NCBI GenBank assembly: GCA_014905635.1
Contig: JABVCE010000008.1
Location: 496,001-560,000, forward strand
DNA from: Scenedesmus sp. PABB004
Taxonomy: Eukaryota
Reading direction: 5' to 3'
DNA: 64,000 nt
Shown here piece by piece: positions 46,388-56,649 of the stretch. Below the pieces are notes generated by a model. The model saw only the letters and a program-made list of their open reading frames with translations. It was not told where the DNA came from and made no database searches. Numbering within the stretch: position 1 is the stretch's first letter; every line of letters begins with the position of its first letter. The position numbers were made by a program, and so were the translations under genes.

Positions 46388-47101
46388 CTGCGCCGCGCGG
46401 CGGCGGTGGTGAGCGCCGCGCGCGCGGCGGCGGTGACGTGTGCTCCCAGCTGCGGCCGCCGCTGAGCAGGCGCTGAGCAGGCACGCCGGCGGCGAGCGGG
46501 CAGCGGCAGCGGCAGCAGCGCTGCGCGTGCACCTCCGGCTGCTGCCGGCTCGACCACGGGGTTGAACATGAGCTCAGAGAGCTGCGCCGCGCGGGGGCGC
46601 GGGCGGCGCGGCGCGCGGGGCGTCGGCCGCGGCGGCGGCGGCGGCCACAAAAGTGTCGGAAAAAGGCACTGGGCGGCACTGGGCGGCACCGGGCGGGCAA
46701 AACCTGCCGCTGCACCGCAGCGGCCCCGCCGCCGCTACACCCGCGGCTTGTTCGTTACACCGCAGCGTCCCGAAGGGCGTCCCTGGAGGCGGAGTGAGCT
46801 CCCCAGATGAGCGCGGCCTCCAGCGGCGGCGACGCGTGCACGAGCGGCGCGCGCAGGAGTTTGGGCGAAGCTCCCAAACCCCACGCGCGCCTGGGCCGCG
46901 CACGAGGCCAGCAGCGCCCAGTCGTCCGGCAGCGCGGCCGCCTCGCCGCGGCCGGCCACGGAGCGGTAGAGCAGTGCGGGCAGCTCCGCCTGCGCCGCCA
47001 GCCAGCCAGCACCGCCGCGCCTGACCAGGGCCACCTCCGCTTGGAAAGCGGGGCGCCGCCGGGGCCAGTTGCAGTGCGAGCGCGGCGGGCGCGCGGGGCA
47101 G

Positions 47102-47203
47102 TGTGAGCAAGTGAGCGAGTGAGCGAGGGAGTGAGTGAGTGAGCGAGTGAGTGAGCGAGTGAGTGAGCGAGGGAGTGAGCGAGGGAGCGAGGGAGGGAGG
47201 GAG
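47102..47203. repeat. Compound tetranucleotide microsatellite (GAGT/GAGC/GAGG)n
   Basis: Direct reading. Confidence 0.85.
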
Positions 47204-47816
47204 TCGCGGGCACTGTGGGGCGGCGGCGCGCGCGGGGCGGGCGACGGGGCGTCGTTGGCGCTGCGGCGCCCCGCCGCTCAGGGCCGCAGCTGCCGCGGGC
47301 GCCGCCGCGGCCACAGGCCGGCGCCGGGGCCGGGAGCGCTGGGCGCGCCGCGCTCCGCCGCCGCCGCCGCCGCGCCGCGCCGAGTGGGGCGCCGGCTGGC
47401 CTCGAAGATCTCTGGCACGCTCGCGGCCTCGAGGCCGGTGCACTTGGCGCAGCGCCCCGCCCTCGATCTGCGGCGGCGCGCCGCGAGGCGGCGGCGGCGG
47501 CGGGCGTGTGAGCGGCGAGCGCGCGGCGTGCGCGCGGCGGAGGGAGGGAGGGAGGGAGCGCGGCGCCGCCAAGCACGCGCGCTGCGGGCGGGGCGCGCGG
47601 CCCGCGGCCCCCCCTCTGTGAGGCGCTGCGCGACTGTGTGTGCGCAACACACGGTCGTGCAGCGCCCCGCAGGGGGGAGGCCGCGCCCGGCGCCCGGCGC
47701 GCCGGCCCCCCTCTTCAAAGGCAAACAGTCAAAGCACACAAAAACCGCGGCGCACGCCCCTTAATTGGCGGGCCTCAGGCTGTTGCCGCTGAGCACGTTG
47801 CCGCTGATGGCGACCG

Positions 47817-49449
47817 CTATGGGCGGCAGCAGGCCCCTGAGCCCCGCGTCTGCGGGTTGCTCGCCACGAGGCGCGAGCGGCCGAGCAGCAGCGCCTTCAT
47901 GGGCCACCAGCACTCCTCGTCCACCGGCGGCGGCGGCTCCTCAGGGGGGTCGTCGGCCGGCTCCACAGGCGGGTCGTCGGCCGGCTCCACAGGCGGGTCG
48001 TCGGCCGGCGGCGTCGGCTGCGCGGGCGCCAGCGGCAGCGGCGGCGCGAGCGCGGGCGTCGACGGCGAGGGCGTCGGCGGCGCGGGCGTCGGCGGCAGCG
48101 GCACGGGCGGCGAGGGAGTGCCCGGCGAGGGCGTCGGCGGCGTCTCCACGCTGCGGCGCGTGGCGGGCGCGTGAGCCGTGCGCGCGGCGCAGCGGCGCGG
48201 CAGCGGGGCGGGCACGTGAGCAGCGACAGCTGGCCCTCGCTCACCTGATGAGGTACTCCACGTCGCTCTCGCTCAGGTCCACCCGCACGAAGCCGTCGCT
48301 GCGCGGCCACGGGCACGACACGGCGCGCGGCTCAGGGCGAGGGCGCGGCTGCGGCGGCCGCCGCCGCGCGCGCTCGGCGCCACGCGGCCGCGCGGGCCGC
48401 TCGCACCCCGAGTCGCCGTCGCTCTCCTCCTCCTCCTCCTCCTCCTCCTCCTCCTCCGCCGGCGCCTGCTGGCCGCCGCGCGCCAGCGGCGCGCCGCGCG
48501 CCCCCGGCGTGCTGCGACGCGCGGGAGCGCAAGCGCGGCGCGGCGTTGTAAAACTCTAAACCCCCCCGGCGCAGCGCGATCGAAGCGCATGGCGCTGCGG
48601 GCGCGGTGCGCGGCGCCGCGCACATCTTGATGCGGCGCCGCCCGGCCCAGGGCGCCAGCTCGATGGCGAGGCCCTCTGCGTTCTTCGCGACGACGACCGG
48701 GGACCTGTGGCTGAACTTGTCCCACGAGCCGGCCGCCTCGCTGAACTCGAGGCCGATGTTGCGCGAGGCCCTGCGCGCGCGCGCGGGTGTGTGCGCGCGC
48801 GCGTGTGCGGGCGTTGAGCGCTTGGCAGTGCGCCCGGCAGCGCGCCCGGCAGTGCGTGCGCGCGCGCCGCCCCGCGCCGCGCACGGCGTGTCAACGACGT
48901 CGAACTTGTGCGTGTAGAAGAGCAGGTCGAAGACGACCTTCTCGTCGTCCCCGACGTCCCGCTCCAGCACGTTGATGGGGCTGGGGAGGGCATGATGAGA
49001 AGGGGGGGGGGGAGTGGGGCCTGCTGCGCCGACATGCGCGGCGCGGCGCGGCGCGGCGCGCGCGCGCGGGCCCGGCGCGCCACCCACAAGCCGTGCACGA
49101 ACGCGGCGGGCAGCGTGAGCACGCCGTGCCCCAGGTGCTCGGGCTTGCGCATCGCCTCCATGACCTGGCGGCGCGCGGGCGGGGCGCGGGCGTGAGCGGC
49201 ACGGGTCGGCGGCGGGTCGGCGGCGGCGCGCGCGCCGAGCGCCCCCGCGGCACGCACGAGGCCGCGGATGTAGAGGCTGCCCTGCCCTGCCCTGCCCTGC
49301 AAACCACACACACTCGATGCGCACACACGCGGCAGCTGACCCCAGCTGTCCAGTTCAGACCGCACCCGCTGGCTGTAGCGCTTGCGCGCAGCTACCAGCC
49401 CCGAGCGCTGCGGCCAGTGCGGGGTTCCGCACCAAGCGCATTTAGGCAT
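47817..49449 (-). CDS. Hypothetical multi-exon protein with acidic tract and Pro-rich C-terminus
   Basis: Exons splice in consistent phases: GSLYIRGL|VMEAMRKPEHLG...GF|PINVLERD...DTP|ASRNIGLEF...RIKI|TPG...poly-E SDGDSG|DGFVRVDL...YLIS|VETPPTPSP...*. The 5' end is uncertain and no family is recognised. Confidence 0.5.
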
Positions 49450-50105
49450 CCGCTATGCGCAGGGCTCCCGACGCATCCGCTTCGCGCCCTGGGCGCGCAG
49501 CGAGGGCCCGCTCCTCAACCGTTGCACGCCGCGCCACAGCCCGCGCGCCTGCGCGGGGCTCAAGCGCGCCGCCGCGTCGTGGCGCCAGGCGCGCCCGCCG
49601 GGCCGCGTGCGCACACGCGGCGACGCACGCGCCCGGCGAGCAGCACGCACCCCCAACTGCCACAAGTGCAGCAGCTGCACACTCGCGCGGCGCACGCACG
49701 CACGCAGCAGCCGGTGGCGCAGCCCAGTGCGCGCTCACCCCGCCGCCGAACCGGGCCGCCCGTCATGTCTCCTCCTCCAGCACCTTCAGATCCACCTTCG
49801 CGGTTGGTAGGCCAGCCGCGTCCGCCGCCGACACCGCCGCACGCCACTCGTTGTCCTCGTCCTCGGTCGCAACGCCCAGCCAGAGATACGTCAGAAACGA
49901 CAGCCCGCACAGCACCGCGCGCGCGTCCGCCCAGGCCAGCTGCATCAGAGCCTGCGACAGTGAGCGGGCGTGGTTGAGGGGCCGGGGCGCCGTGGCGGCG
50001 CAACTTCTGCTGTTTTAGCGGCGCGCGCGCCACTGCGTCTGTCCCGCCCGGCGCTGGACTCACGCGCGTGACTGCGCGTCGGCCGCGCGCGCGTCGAGCG
50101 CCGAC

Positions 50106-52972
50106 ATGGCACCGGGAGCGCCCGTCGCGGCTCGACGTACTGGCCCGCGGGTGCTGCTGCTCTGCCTCGCTGGTGGGCCCCCTGCCGTGCGCGCGGGCGC
50201 GACGAGCGCCCCAGCTCGCGGCCAGGCCGCTGGGAGCTCGGCGGCCGCACCGCCGCCGACCGCGCCGCCGCCGCCGCCGCAGCGTGGGCGGCCGTCGGCG
50301 CGGCGCGCGCCGCCGCGGGCGCGCCGCCGGCCGGCGGCGCCGCGGTGTCGGGCTCGCCCTGCGGACCGACGGTGACCTTCTTCCCGCCGGGCAGCGAGGA
50401 CCGCAACGTGCCGACCGCGTGGGGGCGCTCCGCGCAGCTCGCCGCCGGCAACGACGACCCCGCGCGCATGTTCACGGTCGTCACGCCCAGCGAGCTGCAC
50501 GTCCCCGGCAGCGACCGGCGCGCGCCGCCGACGCTGCAGGTGTTCCCGGTGCACGACCTGCTGCGCATCAACGCGACCGGCCTCGCGCCCGAGTGCCTCG
50601 GCGACGCCGGCCGCGCCGGGCGGCGGCTCGCCGGCGCGCCCGACCCGGCGACGCTGAGCGTGCTGTCGCCGCCGCGCGTGCGGGTGGGCTACCAGCTCAA
50701 CTCGAGCGCGCCGGTCGACCTCGGCGAGTTTGCGAGCCTCAGCCCGCCGCCAACGATCGTGCTCAACGAGCTCCAGGGCATGCCCGACGTGCGCGGCCGC
50801 GCCCCCGGGGCTCGACGCAGGGGGTTAAGGGGCCCCGCCACACGCGTACACACCCCAGCGCACACCGAGACGCCGTGCGGCGCCCGACGGCCCCCGCCCG
50901 CCGCCGCGGCCGCGCTCGCTCGCAGGGCTACTACTGCCTTTCAATCAAGGTCACGCTGCTCGCCTGGACGGGGCTGATGATGCCCGAGTGGGCGGCCATG
51001 CCCGCCACGGACCTGCACACGACCTCGCAGGCGCGGCGCGGCGCGCTGGCGGCGCGAGCGCGGCTGTGCGCCCGCAGCAGCCGGCGTGCGCTGCACCACA
51101 GCATGCCCACGCTGGCCCTGCTGCTCCCCTTGGCCGCCGGTCTGCAGGTGTGCTTCTACAAGCTGGACAGCCTGCCCAAGGCGACCGCGGACTTCACCAC
51201 CTGCAGCGATACATGTGAGCCTAGGCAGCGCGGCGTGCGTGCCTGCCACGCGCGCCCCTGAGCCGCGGCGCCAACGCCGCGCTGCGCTCCGCGCAGTCGG
51301 CATCAAAGTGGACGGCGTGACCCCCGAGCCCGTGCCGCTCTTCCCCGGCAGCCCCACGCCGCTGTTCCACACCGTCGCGCACCTCTGGAGCGAGCTCAAC
51401 CGCACCAAGGACTGGAGCTGGCCGCCCAATGACGCCAAGACGAGCTTTGACCAGTGGCTTGTCTTCTCCTCCCCCGCCGAGCTCGCAAAACCGGTCAGCT
51501 GGACGCCCGACTTCCTGCCCCACGAGGGCTGGTACAACCTGCACGTGCGCGCGCACGCCGGCCCCGGCGCCGCCTCGCACGCGCGGCAGGCGCGTCGAGC
51601 GCCCGAGGCTGCTGCGCGCCGACCGCCGCCGCCGCCGCCGCCGCCGCCTGTGCCGCCTGTGCCGCCGCGCGGCGCGCAGCTCGACGTGAGCGTGACGAGC
51701 CGCTTCCCAACGCTCATGGCGGCGGGGCTGGAGGAGGTGGAGGTCTACGCCGAGGCGACCGCGCCCGAGGCGCTGCGTGAGGGGGGCTTCTACAAGCTCC
51801 TGTCCACCAGCCAGTACCCGCCCGGCACCGTGGTGCGCCACGCGCGGCCGCGCCCCGCGGCTCGCGGGCCGCGCGCGAAAAAAGAGAGAGGCCGCGACGC
51901 CCAGCCACACGGGAAGCCGGGCCCGCGCCCTGAGTCAGCCCCGCCCCGCCGCCCGCCGCCCGCCGCCCGCCGCCCGCCGCCCGCCGCCCGCCGCCCGCCG
52001 CCCGCCGCCCGCCGCCCGCCGCCCGCCGCCCGCCGCCCGCCGCCCGCCGCCCGCCGCCCGCCGCCCGCCGCCCGCCGCCCGCCGCCCGCCGCCCGCCGCC
52101 CGCCGCCCGCCGCCCGCCGCCCGCCGCCCGCCGCCCGCCGCCCGCCGCCCGCCGCCCGCCGCCCGCCGCCCGCCGCCCGCCGCCCGCCGCCCGCCGCCCG
52201 CCCGCCGCCCGCCGCCCGCCGCCCGCCGCCCGCCGCCCGCCGCCCGCTCGCCTGCCGCGCGCAGCTGGGCGTGCAGCACGGCCCGACCGCGTTCAGGTCG
52301 CTCGAGGCGCCGTCGGAGGAGGAGCTGCCGACGCACACGGACGTGCCGTTCAGCTGGGAGTTTGAGGGCTTTGGCGACCAGTACTGCTTCGTGGACGGCG
52401 AGCTGTCGGAGAACACGGGCGAGCACCAGTGCCGCAGCCCGCTCAACGTCGTGCTGCCCGACCGGCGCAACCACACCCTGCGCGTCGTGCTGCTGGTGCG
52501 CCGCCGCGGCGCCCGCGGCGCGGCTGCGCGCCCTCCCCAGCGCGCGGCCGGGCGCGCGGCGCACTGAGTCACTGGCCGCCGCCGCCGCCGCACGCACCTG
52601 CAGGACGTGTGCGGGCTCAACCACACGGTGCAGGCGGAGTACGGGCCCTGGGGCGTCGCGGTCACGCGGCGGCCGGCGCCGCTGCGCTCCGCGCTCGCCG
52701 CCGAGGACGGGAGCCAGCTGCAGCTGGAGATGGGCGGCCTGCCCGGCGGGCTGAGCTTTGGCGCCGCCGGCGGCGGCACCGGCGGCGGCGGCGGCGTGTT
52801 TGAGGTCGCGCCGGCCGACGCGCCGCCGGGGGTGCTGCGCGCGGCGCGCGCCGCGGCGGGGGCGTCCGCGCGGCAGCGCAGCGCGGTCGGCGGCGAGCGG
52901 CGCTCGCTGGGCGTGCGCGCGTGTGGGCTGGCGCTCGCGCTCGTGCTGCTGGCCATGGCGCTGGCGCCGTGA
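50106..52972 (+). CDS. Uncharacterised secreted, probably GPI-anchored surface protein (paralogue B)
   Basis: Spliced signal peptide MAPG...VLLLCLA|AWAAVGAARA. Collinear similarity to paralogue A. Hydrophobic tail ACGLALALVLLAMALAP*. Confidence 0.8.
51946..52247. repeat. 7-bp tandem repeat (CGCCGCC)n, about 43 units, intronic
   Basis: Direct reading. It lies in the intron from about 51833 to 52264 and explains the RRPPPAA ORF repeats. Confidence 0.92.
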
Positions 52973-53539
52973 GGGAGCGGGGTGCCGAGTGCGGACAGGT
53001 GCTGGCAGTCTGGACGCTGGGTCATTTTCACGCGACCCGGGCGCAGGGGCAGTCGATCGGTGTCGGGGGCTGGTCGGCGGTGTCGGGACGCGCGGTCGGC
53101 TGAGGACTGCCTGACTAGGCTCTGTCGGTCGGCAGGCGGGCCGGGGCATGCGGAGCGTGCAGTAACAGGCGGGCCGGCCCGCCGAGACCGCCGCCGCGGG
53201 TGAACAGCCCCGGCGGACCAGCTCCCAGCCCTGCCCGTGCCGCGATCTCCCAAGACCTCTCTACCTAACGCCCCACTCTCTCTGACCGCGCCCGGCGGCG
53301 GGCCGCGCGTCGGTGGCGCCGCGCGGCCCGCCGCCCCCGGGCCTAGTGCCTGCACCTACTCGTCACCGGATGCGTGTGCACATCAATCGTCGCCTCGTGC
53401 TGCCAGCCGCGGCGCAGTCGTCGCCTCGTGCACGGCCGCCCGGCCCCCGCGCCGCGCGGCGCGTGCGGCGCGTGCGGCGCGTGCGGCGCGTGCTGCGCGC
53501 GCTGCGCGCGCTGCGCGCGCTGCGCGTGCCGCCCGGAGC

Positions 53540-55495
53540 TCAGCGGCTGCGCCGGCGGTGCATGGGGAAGCCGAGCGCGTCGTCGCACTCCACGACGCTC
53601 ACGTTGTCGATGCCCCACGCGAGGTAGTAGACGGTCGTGGAGTAGCGAAAGGCGACCATGACCTTCTTGCCGAGGTAGGGCGCGAGCGGGATGTAGCTGC
53701 CGACCGACTGGAGGTTGGGCAGCGCGATGATGTCGTCGACGGTCAGCGCGGTGCCGAGGTACGCGGGGCCGGCGGTCGCGTTGAAGGGGTCGAAGAGCTG
53801 CTGCGCGAGGTCGGTGATGTTGCCCGGCGGCACGAGCGCGTCGTAGTCGTACAGGTCGACGCGCGCGGCATGGAGCGTGATGTTGGAGGCGTTGGCGTTG
53901 ATCGACATCGTGTCGGGCACGAGCCAGTACTCAAAGCCGTTGTCCATGTACCTGCGGACGTGCGGTGACGGCGCGGCGGCGTGGGCAGCGAGCGGCGCAG
54001 AGCCGCACGCTGCTGGGCGCGGCGGCGCTGGGCGTGGCACGGCGGTCGCTGAGACCCCGGCGCGCGCGCTGTGCGCTGTGCGCGGTCACCAGTCAAAGTA
54101 GAGGAGCTGCTTGGTGTTGTTGACCTCGATCGCGTACTCGTTGACCAGCGCAAAACCGACGTTGCCAAAGGCCTGGCTGCGGAAGTACTTGTTGGGGTTG
54201 TCAAAGGGGTAGCTCGGCCACCCCGTCGCGCCGGGGTCGCTGCCGTTGCCGATGATGCCGCCGCCCTGCGGGGGCGCGTCGGCGCGGGAACGCGTCGGCA
54301 GTGGGGCTGGCGTGCCGCGCGCGCCGCCGCGCCGCCGCCCGCGTGGCAGCCCGCGAAGAACGCGGCCGAGGCGGCGGGCGCGGCGCACCTGGCTGCCGTA
54401 CTCCTTGACCTTGATCCAGTTCTTGATCTTGTAGTCCTCGTGCTCGTTCTGCTCAAAGTCGCCGTTGGGCAGCATCGTCGACACGCACGTGTCTGCAAGC
54501 GCGCGCTCGCGCGCGGGGGCGGCGGTCAGCCGCTCCGCGCTGGCGGCGGCGGCGACAGTGCTCGGGCACGCCGTGCGTCCCGCTGCTGCCGGCCGGCCCT
54601 CCACGTGCGCTGCTGCTGCTGCTGCTGCTTACCGTTCTTGATCCACTCCTCCATCACGGTCATCGCCGGCGGCGGGGGCGGCGGCGGCGGCGGGCTGGGC
54701 GGGCTCGGCGGCGGGCTCGGGCTGCGGCGGCGGCAGCGGTGAGCGACCGACGCACGGGGCAGCGGGTGAGCACGGCGCGGCGCGGAGCCGCCGCGGCCGC
54801 GGGCCGCGGGCCGGCCGCCCACGCGCACCTGCTCGGGGGCTCGACGGCAGCGATGGCGACCGTCGGCGCCGCCGGCTTCGCGGCCGCGGCGGCGGGCTCC
54901 GCGGGCTTCGCGGCCGCCACCGCCGGCTCCGCGGGCTTGGCGGCAGCGACGGCGGGCTCCGCGGGCTTGGTGGGGATGCTGCTGGCGAGCGCCCCCAGGC
55001 CCTTGAGCAGCTGCATGAAGGCGCCGGAACTGGAGGGGCTGGGCGCCGCGGCGGGCGCCGGCGCCTGCGCTGCTGCTGCGGCTGCGTCGGTCGCCAGGAG
55101 CGAGCGGCCCTCCCTGTGAGGTGGGGGGCGGGGCGGGCGTGCGGGGCTGTGAGAGGGGCGCGTGCGGGGGCAGCTGGGAGCTGGGCCAAGGGCTGGCGGC
55201 GCAGCGGGACGCGCAGCTGGCTGGCCCGCCGCTGCGACGCCCGCCAGCTGCCGCGCTGGTGCGCATGGACCTCTGGTAGCCTATGGGAGCTCAGATCGCG
55301 CTCGCGCGCTGGGCGCGCTGGCCTGGGCGGGGCGCCTCGGGGCGAAACAGCTTCCCGCGCGTTGGCGGCAACCGAAGCTCCCCGCGCCCCCACGCACCGC
55401 GCGGTGATGGCGGGCATCCCGCTGAACAGGACCAGCAGCGTCAGCGCCGCGCCGCAGGCGCAGCGGGCCGCCCGGCGCGGCGGGGCGCGCGCCAT
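53540..55495 (-). CDS. Secreted protein: signal peptide, Ala/Pro and Ser-Pro stalk, C-terminal beta-sandwich (cleaved-adhesin/CBM-like) domain
   Basis: ALTLLVLFSGMPAITAR|EGRSLLA, (KPAEPAVAAA)n, [21 protein letters not shown]...NW, and IPLAPYLGKKVMVAFRY...WGIDNVSV. Confidence 0.7.
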
Positions 55496-55871
55496 GGCTG
55501 GGCGCGTCTTGCGGGCGCGAGGGACCCTGCGGCGCTGATGGGAGGTGCCTGGTGTGTAGATGGGACGATTGGGACGTGGGATCGAGCAGCGGTGAAGCTG
55601 GCGGGGCTCGCGCGGGACCTGGGGCGCGGGGCTGGCACTCTCGGGCTCAGGCCCCGGCAACAGCAGATGCGCGGGACGCGGCCGCGGAAAGTGTGAAAGC
55701 GGCCTTTCAGGCTGCAGGCAGCCTGCTCTGCAGCGTAGCGCGACTGGAGGCCTCACCGGCGGCGGGCGGCCAGCGCTTGCAGTCGTCGCTGCTGCTCGGC
55801 CGCCGCCCCGGGCCCGAACCAGCAAACTACGTGCAGTGCTCATTCCCGCTCACCATCACAGATGCTGCTGT

Positions 55872-56584
55872 TTACTGCTTGCTGCCGGCGCCGCGGGCGC
55901 CGCCCTGGCCGCCCTCGTGGCCGGCAGCGGCGGCTGCCTCGGCATCGAACGAGTCGAGCACCGCTGCCAGCGAGCGCTTGTTCGCCCAGCTGTCCTGCCG
56001 GGGCGACAGCAGCGCCCGCGCGTGCCCACCGTCGTCGCCGGCGCCGCGCGGCAAGGATGGCGCGCCACCGCCGCCGCTGGCGGTGCGCCGGCGCGGCGCG
56101 GCGCTGGTCGAGCCGGCACTGATTGAGCCGGCGCTGCCCTCCCAGGCGGCGTCCAGGCTCGCCGCCGCGGCGTCCCCCTCCTCTGCCAGCGCCACGCTGC
56201 CGGCGCGGCTGCTGGCGGGGCTGCTGTGCCCCGACGCGGCCGCCGCGCCGTGCAGCTGCGCGGCGGACGTCACGCCCAGCCGCGACGCCTGCTGCCGCCG
56301 CCGGCGCTCCATGCTGCTGGCCTGCATCCCCTCGAGGTGCCTCGACGCAAAGCCGAGGGAGTGGGAGATGCAGGCGGCCTCCTCCTCCGCCGCCGCCATG
56401 GGGACGCCGCCGCCGGGGCTCGTCGGCCGCTGCAGCAGGCCGCCGCTGGCAGGGCTGCCCCACGCAGCGGCGGCGGCGTCCTGCTCTGCCTGCCGCCTGA
56501 AGAGCGCCTCGGCCGCCTGCTGCTCCAGCAGCCGGCGCGACGCCGCGGCGCGCGCGGCGTCGCCCCCGCCCGCGACCCACGCGC

Positions 56585-56649
<65 letters not shown>

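Noticed and set aside
49367..49490. In-frame TAA suggesting stop-codon reassignment
   Set aside because: An alternative frame from ATG 49449 splices cleanly, TAA appears to terminate the Kir gene, and no conserved gene here has internal stops.
51790..53355. ORFs with (GGRRAAG)n or (RRPPPAA)n repeats as repetitive proteins
   Set aside because: Translation of the intronic 7-bp array.
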